Source: Trichinella spiralis
Taxonomy: Eukaryota
Assembly: GCF_000181795.1 (NCBI RefSeq)
Contig: NW_003526943.1
Location: 6,965,566 to 7,029,565 of the forward strand
Length of the DNA stretch: 64,000 nt
Direction of reading: 5' to 3'
Shown in pieces: positions 53,264 through 64,000 of the stretch. The translations under genes were made by a program, and so were the position numbers. The first letter of the stretch is position 1. Every line of letters begins with the position of its first letter. The notes beneath the pieces were generated by a model, which worked only from the letters and a program-made list of their open reading frames with translations, ran no database searches and was not told the DNA's origin.

Positions 53264-53989
53264 CATGGGCATTTGCATGCAAATATCACCTTTCTCCCTT
53301 CTGTTTCCTGGCAATCTGCTCGAATTTGTTCATCTGGCAAAAAACAAAGCTCCACAACTGGTTGTGTAAACTTGAACAATCCGTTAATAATCTGAATCAA
53401 TGAATCTGTTATTTATTGTACAATTGCACTTTTCTTTTCTTTTTTGAATTCATAAACTCTCAGGTATAGCGCAAGTGTGTGCATTTATAATAGTAATAAT
53501 AATTAATAATAATAATAATAGCCATCATCATCATCATCATCATCATAATTATTATTGTTATTCGGGACCATTTTTCACACTAGCGCTGAGTCAATCAAAA
53601 TCATCTCTGTGCCGTTTGTTCAAATTCGACAATAATAAAATCTAATTTGAAAACAAAATGTAAGGAATTACACATTTTTTAATTACAAGCAAATATTCCA
53701 TTCACTTAAAGAGACGCAAAAGTGAAGGCTTTCAAATTTAAAACCAATACACAGAAATAATATACAATTTTCAATTATTATTTTCACATTTCTTCAATAA
53801 CATCATCAATGAGAAAAGATGTATTATTAAAAAAACATTTCCATGACAAAGCAAGCACATTTTTTTACTTTGTATAAAAATATCTGTAGCTCTGAAAGCC
53901 CACAGACAGATGATAAAGCAACGAGTGTGGAAGGAAGCTGTGATTGTCAAAAAGCAAACATTTAAAAAAATTCTCACAAAAAAAGAAAT

Positions 53990-55718
53990 TCAGCAACGGT
54001 AATTGACACGTACAGTTTTCCGAAGGGTGTAACGGGATGTTCTGTTTCTTGGACTTGTTTTAATCGGCTGATCTTGAATACGTCGCAAAGTGTCACTCTT
54101 CTTTTCCATATTTTCAGATGTACACTGAAATTAAAATAAATCAATTAAAAATAATAATAATAATTAATATGATAATTCCAATTTACTTCACTGGGATTGT
54201 TTTCTACATTTTTATATTGCACACGATGTTCATTGATATTTTTCGAATGCTTGCCATTATCTTTGGTCATTACTACCTTCGAAGATGGCTTAACATCTTC
54301 AACAACTGAATTTGATTGTACATTATTATTCTTCATCACGTTAACATCCAGTCTTTCTTTTAAAATTCTATCCTCCTGTGGACATGTTGAACTTCTGGCA
54401 GTTTTACCTTTTCGCAAAGTCACTTTGCTTAGCAACATTTCGTCTGCATTGTCGTCGAAGCACAGAAGAGCATTTGTTTCAGGATCATTTTCTGCATTAC
54501 TTCCAATTGTTCCTTCACCATGCTTCTTATCCATCGGATTTTGTGAACTTTTTTTCACCGCAGAGCAAATATCTTCTTCTGCTTTGCAATGAAACTCTGT
54601 TCCAGCATTTGCAGATTGTTTCTCATCTTTCTCACCAACATTTCTTTCCACAGCTGCCTGTTGAAATTTTCTTTCATCACTTGTATCTTTCTTCGGCAAT
54701 TTACGCTTTATTTTGCCTGCAGTTTGAGTGCTTCTGTAGTTTGATCCAGATGCAGCTTGTGCAACACAATCGGATACTTTATCGTCTTCACCTTCATCAA
54801 CACGTGTCATTTGCTTTTCATTTTCTTCTTCTTAAAAGTATGCTTAATTAATTTATTGTTCATCGTGTTTATATTAATCAATTTATGATTTTGTCAAATA
54901 AAATAAATTACTAAAAAAATCATCATCACATTATATTCATAGAAGTATTTTTAAAAAAATTTGCTCAAGTATAAACATAATCGCCTTTCTCACCTTGCTT
55001 CAAAGCACTCTCCAACAGCGAGCTTGTACACGTTTTCATACTTTCCAAAATTTCCTTGCTTGCTTTCACTTGTTGAATGCTTGTTTGCAGCAGTTTCGTC
55101 AATTCCACACTACCATCTCCAAATTCAACAATTGCATCGATAATATTTTCTTCAATTTTTTTTACACTCTAAATAAATTGAATAAATCAATAAAAAGCAA
55201 ATCAGTTTTTATCATTCAGACTTTCATCATTGAAGATATTCAAAACGAAAAATAAAACGTTAATTCAATTGCCACATAAATGTAATAAATAAACAAACTA
55301 AAATAATAATTTTTACCTCTAAAACTTGTGCTGCCAATTTCTCACGCTTGCTCGCAATTTCCAAAAGATGAAATTCACGTTTTTGAAATTCACGAATCTG
55401 AATTTGCCGTTCCGCATACTTTTCTTTTGTTATTCGGTAAGCATGAACAAGCATCTTATTATTCGATCGAAGTTGCTGATATCTCACCGATTTATCGAAT
55501 ACTAAATAAATATATAATATTAAATATTTCATAAATAATTATAAAACAAAGTGTTTTGTTTTACTTTTCTTCGACGGATTGTCGTTAAACTTATCTGATA
55601 ACAACGGGGCAACTTTATCGAGAATCTCTGCATTGGGTATCGGTGGCCTGGTTCGATTTAACTTCGCTGTGGGGCGGTTAGTAGAATTCGTTTTCCTGAC
55701 CTTTGACGCTTGAAGCAT
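53990..55718 (-). CDS. Probable divergent Shugoshin (N-terminal coiled coil, low-complexity middle, basic C-terminal motif), ~430 aa
   Basis: Exons 55718-55565, 55501-55317, 55168-54994, 54830-54187 and 54124-53990 splice in frame. Coiled coil YQQLRSNNKMLVHAYRITKEKYAERQIQIREFQKRE; C-terminus SPRNRTSRYTLRKTVRVNYRC*. Confidence 0.6.
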
Positions 55719-56924
55719 TGTTTCCTATGCAATTAAAAACACCAAAAATCTCCATTGAGAACTCATAAATCTCACAGAAGAATAAACCGTAACTGATACT
55801 TAAATTATAATACTGTACTAGAAACATGAAACTTTAAAGAACCAACACATTATAAGATTTTTCATTTGATTCAACAGTTTTTTTTCTTTTATTTCAATCG
55901 AATCCTTTACGGTAAGAACACGTGTAACATAATAATTTTATGAACGTTTTCAAAACCAAAGCAACCTTTGCATGCAACCAAATAAATAATAAATTAACAT
56001 AAATTAAATGTATAAAATCAAAATTTTAATTTACTTACCAATACTCGTGGACAAGTGACACTAATGAAGGCCGAATTTTAAACTAAACATTAGAATAGGT
56101 CACTGAAATTTACAGTAACAAATTACAGTAAGGTTAACTTGAATGACTTAAAATGAAAATTGAACATATTGTTGAAAATCATACAATGAAAAAGGGTATT
56201 AAAAAGTGTAAATCACAATAGTATTAAATTTAAAATTAATTGAACAATAATATGCTAAGTTCGAATTGTTGATTTACATTAAATATTTTTCAAATAAAGT
56301 CAGCATTGTTTCATGATAATTAAGCGGTTATTGTTATGAATTTTAACATTCCATTCTCAAAAAAATTTTTAATTTACTAAACAACCGTAGAATATTATTG
56401 GAGTTGCGTTTCTCATATACAACAGTTATATTCTTAAATGTTTGTAATATATGATGATGATAATGTTATTTTTCTGTTTCAAATCAGCTGTTTAAATTGA
56501 TTGTTATCTTTATTTCCATTTGCTTTTATTCGATTTTGAACAATCAAATTAATCATTTAAAATTGTTCCCATTAAATTAATCATTAAAAGTACTAAAAGA
56601 ACTTAATTTCAGCTGGACTGCCAACTACTTGACAATATTCAATTGAAAAGCTGAAAGTAATGCACATAATTATTGCAAGTAAATAAATACAAGCTTTACA
56701 TTGTCAAGGCAGTTTTTGAAGCTGTTTAGCTTAAAAAAATTTTCAAATAAAAATCAATACAAACAAAAAACTTTAATATTAAGCATACAGCACAAATGTG
56801 AGCGTGAAAAAGAGCCGCAATAATCAACAGATGCAGAAAAAAACAGCGATTAATCTGAATAACCCGAAATTACAGGAAAATACTCATGTATACATTTGCA
56901 ACAGTCCTGACTTGGGAGGCAGCT

Positions 56925-59900
56925 TCAGTTACTTTCGACATTATCATAATACCACTTTTCAATCTAAAAATAAGCAAACAATGCAAAAAACTATTTTGAA
57001 ACAATTTTAGAAAGATAAATAACAACGAATTAATAAAATTGCAAATGACATTTATGTTTGACCACTTGAAATTTTTTTCATTAAGCCAACCAAATGGTCA
57101 AAGTTCGAACATACATCACATGATAAACTAAACAAGTATGTGTTATGTGTGTGACTATACTATGAGAGGGGGGAGGTGCTGAAATTTTTAAATAAATTAT
57201 TAATAAAACATACCCATGACTTCGAAACACGTAATGTGCTAGCCACAGAGTGCATCATTGCATTCTGAGCACAAGCGACTGCATTGTCGTTGCTATTAAT
57301 GCTGGAATTTACACGTTCCGGATAAACTGGAACAACCATAGCTAAAAGTAAAAACTTTTTCCTCAAAAACAATTTCAAGTACATATTATGAAAAATGTGA
57401 AAAAGTAAAACATGATAAACAAGTTGTTCTACTGATCGATTATTAAAATAGCTAAAATTGAAAGTCATCATTCTCTCTCTCCGTCCAACCAACTTCATAT
57501 ACGCTTGAACAAATAAATATTAAATTGCCAGCTAGCTAGCTATACAGAAAACTGAAACATGTTCACAGTGCATGCTACTTACGGCAGTTGTCATCTTCTT
57601 CATCCAAAGTACAATTTGCATTCTTCTCTTGACTGCGACGTTGCTCGGTGAACCAATTTTTCACCTAAACAATTGAAAGTGCAAAGTAAGTTTATTTCAA
57701 ATTCTACACATGCAGCACACATGGATGTTTACAGTTAAATAATCATGCTCAACAAACAAACAAGCTAGAAAATAAAGTTCAAAAAACAATAACTTCATAA
57801 TTGATGATTATGAATTGATATGTTGTTTAGTAATATAAGGGAATGCCATCGTTCCAGGCATGGGAACACATACCTTACGTTCAGAGAGATTCAACGTTTT
57901 AGCCAATTGTTTGAACTGACGACCAGAAGGATACTTTTCCAGTTGAAAGAACTGGGACAGCGTGCACAATTGATCCGGTGTCAATTTGTCATTATAGCTG
58001 TTGGTGTTGGTGTTGGTGTTGGTACAGGCTAAATAAAACATACATTTTACATCTTCTCTTCTAACACTTCAAATTAAGAGCTAGCTAGCTGTGCGCAATG
58101 CAATGCAATAACAGATCATATGACACATTTTCTTTATCAAAAGTATCAATTTTCTATTGTTGAGAAAGTTTATTAAAGCAGCAATAATTATCATAAAAAT
58201 CATTCACTTTTATTGATATTATATGACAGAAAAAATAAAAATTCATACCTTCCCCATCGTGAGTTGTAGCCGACGAATTCGAGGCAATCCAATCAGAAAC
58301 CTTAAAAAGCAACAACGGATACATTATCAACAACAAATTATTTTTCTTTTTCCTTAGTTGCTGCATTTGAAAAGAAAAAAAATTTCAATGAATAAAAAAA
58401 ATAACCACCACCCATGAATAAAACTTACCTGACTGCTAGTCATGTTCAACAAGATGGCAATTCTTTCAATTTTCCGCTTCGTTTTCTTCTTCAAGTACAA
58501 GCGACAACATTCCAAAAAGTCAATTTCGCTCTCGTTCAACTGACGCCCATCTTCAAGAACTGAGAAATTATTTGTATATTTAAAAAATTACAATTAATTT
58601 TTTTCCACTTTTGATTTCAAATAACCGTTCACCTCCTGTCTGTTGATTCTTCTGCGACTTGTCCTCTACTGTCGAGCGTTTCTTGAACCATGATCGAATC
58701 TGAACAACAACAATTTTTTTTAAAAAAATTGCGGATATTGTTTTTAATTATATATATATGTATAATGTACTTTTTTCTCAGAAGTATTAAAGTAGCCGGC
58801 CAATTCGGTTATTTCTTTCTGAGTAGGTGAGGATGGGCGAGTGTAAATATCCAAAAATTTCATCAACTGGATTGGTTGCAATTTGGAAAACATTTCAGCT
58901 AAAAAGCAAACAAACAAACAAATAAATAAACACAAATCGAACAAACACAATAAAACTCACGTTCGCCCAAATCTCCGGCTATTTTGAAAGCTGCAACGCG
59001 ATAAAGCTTACGTCGATGATTGAACCAATTGATAACCTATTTCAAATAAATAAATAAATAAATAAATGAAATATTAAACCAGCAGATATTGACAAATAAA
59101 ATTGTACTGAATCATTATTACAGAATATTCAAAAAGCATATATATACATATATACCTTTTCCGTGCCGACGTTCAACTTTCGCGCAAGTTTGCATTGCTC
59201 TGCTGATGTGATGTACTTCGATTTTTGGAAAACACTTTCCAAAACGAATCGTTGCTGATCGTTGAAGAATCGCTTTTCAGAAGCTATAAATAAATTTACA
59301 TAAAAAACACAACAACAACAACAGCTGAAAACAAACTTCAACTTGTACCTTCCTTTTCTTTGGGCATTGGCAAAGCAGTAGTTGAGGCAGAAGATGACGA
59401 CGACGACGAAGGAGCAACTTCACTATTCTGAACGTTTGCCGAAGAGGACAACTGTGAAACAGGTGATGAAGAAGGAATAGAAGATGAAGAAGATGATGAT
59501 GATGAAGAGGATGCTGATGATGATAAGGATGCTGATGAAGCTTGGTCGCCAACTGATGCACGTGATCGGCCGTTGCCAGATGTCGGTTTCTCCTTTTTCC
59601 GTTCGACCAATTCAACCGGGGTCGATTTATTCAAAGCTAAAATCCAAAATAAATCAGTCGGCTGAATCAGAAACATTTTCCGACCAATTGTCAAGTTTAA
59701 AATTCAAGAAAAAATGGGTAAAATAAAAATTTCACATTCAAATATGCATAATTACAAAAGATAAAATCACTAACTATTGTTTGTGTCGAATTTTGTCGAA
59801 GCGTTCTGGTGTTCGTCATCATCATTCGAGTTGGTTCTGTCAGTTGCAGCAGCAGCCATTTCTGAACAAACAACACACAGAAAACAATGTAGCGCGGTAA

Positions 59901-60754
59901 CAATGTATGTAAAAAGCACATGCTGGAAAAATTGAAATCAAACACCAACCTGAATCATCACAATTATCCGAAACAACAGCTCGTTGTTTGCTACGACTTC
60001 GACGCCGTTCGTTGAACCAGCTTGAAATCTGACAAATTTAATCAATCAACATTATAATTTGCATATTCGATTTAAAAAACAATAAATATTCAGCTAACCC
60101 GTTTAAAGCTGATGTTCAACTCTTCTGACAAGCGTCGTCGTTCTTCGGTCGTCGGATACATGTTCGACTCAAACACACTTATCAATTTCGCTCTTTCCTC
60201 TTCAGTAAAGCGCAACAAAGCTTTGTAAGAAAAAATATTTCAATAATTTTCAAATGCAAATAAATAATTACATCACAATTTCAATATTTGAAAAATTTCA
60301 CTTATTCTCATTTGAACATTTTTGCAATTCTATTATTATTATTATGTTGTTGCTGTTTTTGTAAACCTATTTTCACTCATCATCATAGAAAAACCTTTTA
60401 CATCTATAAAAAGTAATACTTCGATTAATAATAATAATCTGGCAAGAAATTAAATATGTCCCTAGCAGAGTATTCACTTTCAATCGTAAAAATGCGTCAT
60501 TATCATTTCACAACTGTTTATAACCAAATGTACATTTGAAAAGAGAAAATAAATTAATCAAATTTTACTATTTTATCTAGTTTAAATAAATAGGTGAACG
60601 TTTTAAAAAGAACCGCTTTTTACATTATATGTTGTCATCAAGCTGAATGGAATAAACAATTTTTTTATTAATAATAATAATGCTTACTTCTTTCGTTGTC
60701 AATTTCCATCTTAGACATTCCACTTTGACGTTGAATGTGAACCGTACGAGGCTT
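56925..60754 (-). CDS. Multi-homeodomain protein with six tandem divergent homeodomains (5' end may extend further)
   Basis: In-frame exon pairs: HD1 60220-60099 + 60028-59950 (RFTEEERAKLISVFESNMYPTTEERRRLSEELNISFKR|ISSWFNERRR); HD2 59283-59156 + 59036-58961 (FFNDQQRFVLESVFQKSKYITSAEQCKLARKLNVGTEK|VINWFNHRRK); HD3 58898-58771 + 58699-58633 (...PTQKEITELAGYFNTSEKK|IRSWFKKRS); HD4 58559-58429 + 58300-58249 (...IERIAILLNMTSSQ|VSDWIAS); HD5 58028-57874 + 57664-57583 (LTPDQLCTLSQFFQLEKYPSGRQFKQLAKTLNLSERK|VKNWFTEQRR); HD6 57341-57214 + 56963-56925 (...MHSVASTLRVSKSW|IEKWYYDNVESN*). In-frame ATG at 60718. Confidence 0.85.
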
Positions 60755-63700
60755 CTGAAATGAGAATAATTTACATAACTATCGGCAATGAACCCCAATT
60801 TCACGAATCACCGCGTTTCACTCACACTAGCCAAAGTAATAAACGATGATAAATAATGAAATAATATGAAAAACAATCGTTTCTATTGAAAAAAAAAAGT
60901 TTCACCAGATATATGTACATGATATATGATAACAGAGTAAAAGCATGATGCGATAATGTGAATTTACTTTTACAATTCCTTTCAAAGATATATTAGATAG
61001 ATGTATTTGCATTTTTCAAATTTAATAAATTATAACACAGAAATAATACAACTACAATTGTGCTGATAAAAAGACCAACATGCGAAAACAAACCGCCCGT
61101 GCAGGTATGTCGAAAAAGTACACGACACACAAGCACAACACTATCGATGATGTTGATGACAAAGTGTAGTCATCCTATTTTGGTGACTCAACCACCAGCT
61201 GCAATCCATCCTGTTCAAAAACGATGCCAGTTGATTGCTTGCTTGAACAGCATGCAACTACGCAACCGATGTAAAGCTTGCATTTTCAATTGTGACGATG
61301 GGAAACAAAAGAGAGAAAAAAATTCGATCAAAAATCAATTTCTGATAACTGAAATCTATGGATATACAATTTTTGATTTTGATAATATAATTAAAAATGA
61401 ATTATACAGAAAAAGAAAAGGAAAAATGGAATTTTGAAAAAAAAAATTTTTTTTCAGCTTTATGCTTTTCCTGACGCATCTAAAGCGGGTAAAACCGATG
61501 CTGTGAAATTATTGACAATGACGTCAAATGCATTCGACGAAATCGATATGCAAGAAAGAAATAATGCGAGGCGTTCATGCATTTTCTAATCGAGCAAACT
61601 TTATCACAACTTTTACAAACTGTTGTAAAAAATACAAATCATATAATATAGATTTATACAAAACTTACTTGTAAATGGCAATTTCTATTAATAAACCAGA
61701 AAAAGTGCATTCTTGATGCATTGATGATTTCAATTCAAATAGAAATACTGCTCCCATTAAGATAATTGTAACAAGCAAATCACAAAAGCTATACTGACTG
61801 GATTGAAAAGTACGCTGAAAATGAAATTCTAGTTTACAAAATAATAAATAAATAAATAAATAACATTTACAGACCTGAAAATCTGCACGCAAATATATGC
61901 AAAAATCTGATACAATAAAAACAAACGCTAAATAATCAATTAGCCTAAATTCTCGCTCTCTCGTCAACTTTTGTTTAACATGAAACATGACTACAACAAG
62001 CATCAAGCATCACAAACAACAGCGTTACACATTCTTTCCGCAAGCGTGATAAACCATAAGCAGAACAAAACTGTATTTTTTCTGACACCGCACACATGTG
62101 TGCAACACTGATTTATCTATACACTACAAATATATACATATGCATGCACTGATTTGTGTTCGATTTTTGAAAATTAAGTTCCCAATCCAGAGTCTTGAAG
62201 CAAACGATTGGCCATTTAGTAGCTGAAATCTTTCAATTAACATTAAACTGCGTATAATTTCATCGAATGTGCGCACACTTATCGGATATTTCTTTTTCAC
62301 AACTCCATTTTGAGTGTCTATTTTCTTTATCATTAAAAAAATTCTTAAATAACATGTTCAATAAGGTGCAGAGCTTACTGTTCACGAATGAAAAATAAGC
62401 AAGCAAGCAAGCACTGAATAAAATTCAAAGCTGTCGTCGTTCGTACGTAAGTACTACCACCACCACCACCACCACCACTGCTATTACTACTACTACTCAT
62501 ACCAACTGTTCAAGCAGTAGAAGCGCAAAAACTGCATATGAAGTGCAACAGATCGATTTCTTTCTCCAGTCACCAGTCATTTCATTTTTACATTACTAGC
62601 TTTTCATTAAATACAAGACAACGTTATCCAATACTTGACACTGGTATTTTATTTGCATGCTTTATTACATTATTTGCAAGCAGTAAATGGAATAAAAAGC
62701 TCATTCAATTGTACGTCACATCCGTACTTTCTTTTCATTATACAACGTACAATAATAAACTGCACCCTAGAATTGGGGTGAACATGACATTCATGAGAAA
62801 ATATTTTATTATACATAATAAAATAATGACTTCTGAAATTGTAATCTTTCGAGTTTCAAGAATCTGCATCTAGCAAAACAACATTCTTCAAAGTTACTTC
62901 GAACAATACATTCGCATTTCAAAAACTTGAAGAAAATCTCAACCAAAGTATTTACATATTTATTATTTACAAATATATCTACAGTACAACAAAAATCTAT
63001 AAAAATGAAATCTTTCCTGTGCTGAAGTTTGCTAACATGAACTCGTTATACTAATTTCAATTCTTCCTTTCGCAAATAGTAACCATTTGAGATCAGCCAA
63101 TTCCATTACAAACAAAAAAAAAGAAAACACTGGACTGCAGAAATCAAAATGATAATTAAAAATAATCATATTTGCAAAAAATAATCGTGTTAATTAGAAA
63201 TAAAACCATAATTTAATTCCCTTTTCCTTCTTAATTTGTAATTACATTCACGCTACTTTTATGAATGTTCATTTAATCAAATATACATGCAGTTTGTTTT
63301 ACAAGAGTAAAAAACTTAAAAATTACATATAAACAAACAAACTCATTCCACATCTAGCTTAAAAACAATCCTAATATTTAAATGGAGAGAATTCTTCACG
63401 GACCTGCAAGTTTACACACTGTTCGCCTACAAAGCTGTTCATTGTTCAAATTACCTTAGTACTGGACTGATTAAGCAGCCAAAATTGAAAAAGACTAACA
63501 TAAAATGAGACTAACGTTCATTTGTACATGTATTTGTATAAAGTAGGCTTAATATATACAAGATTAATTCTGAAATGCAAACAATGAATTGGCCTCAGCA
63601 AGAGAACGCTGCCATTGACAATAATACCCATACTTCGTAAAGATGATAATGTTGCTCAAAGCAAACCTTTTACAATCAATGCACAAGCGAAAATGATTAA

Positions 63701-64000
63701 TAAAGAAAACAAATAATTAATGAAGTTTCCAGATGAGAAGTTCAGCAGATGCACAGCAGAAAAAGTTCAAAGCGTAAGAACAAAAAGAAGACAGTTTGGT
63801 GAGCATACGTTACTGTTTAGAAAAGATCAATATATCCATTCTAAGGTGAACTTACGAAAACAACATTGGCCGAACAAAACTAATAGATCAATCGAAAACT
63901 CTCCCATAATGATAGTTAACCACGGGTTAACTTCAGTTAAGAGAAATATATCAAAGTACACATCGGTGCAAACAAACTACCTACGCAATTAACATACGTG

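Noticed and set aside
60800..64000. ORFs 61060-61437, 62538-62873 and 63720-63992 as genes
   Set aside because: No recognisable protein features; more likely the upstream or 5' intronic region of the homeobox gene.
1..64000. CRISPR arrays, prokaryotic operons, defence systems or horizontally acquired intronless genes
   Set aside because: All repeats are simple microsatellites and all protein genes found are spliceosomal-intron-containing.

Overview
AT-rich, intron-dense eukaryotic DNA with short introns (about 50-130 nt), TTTCAG/TTTTAG acceptors and many microsatellites. The gene content is nematode-like; a basal clade I, Trichinella-type genome is my inference. The ORF track shows only exon fragments, so I assembled the genes by hand, checking splice sites and reading phase. 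In order: one or two uncharacterised minus-strand genes (1.4-4.3 kb), tRNA-Thr(AGT), a TTLL4-type tubulin glutamylase, Musashi (7.4-kb intron, one GC-AG intron), a Mondo/MML-1 bHLH-ZIP factor, a small acidic CCDC117/HPIP-like gene closely followed by a KLHL18-like BTB-kelch gene, a 12-kb gene-poor region, a TWK-7-like two-pore K+ channel with candidate alternative first exons, a probable divergent Shugoshin, and a multi-homeobox gene. The most unusual items are: (1) the homeobox gene, built from six copies of one two-exon module, none retaining Asn51; (2) the Shugoshin-like gene with an intact NNKMLV coiled coil but a clipped SGO motif; (3) sense-strand UAG clusters and hairpins in the Musashi intron, suggesting autoregulation; (4) a stop-free in-frame intron inside the K+ channel selectivity filter. 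No prokaryotic systems or CRISPR arrays are present. All homology calls come from recalled motifs, not database searches.
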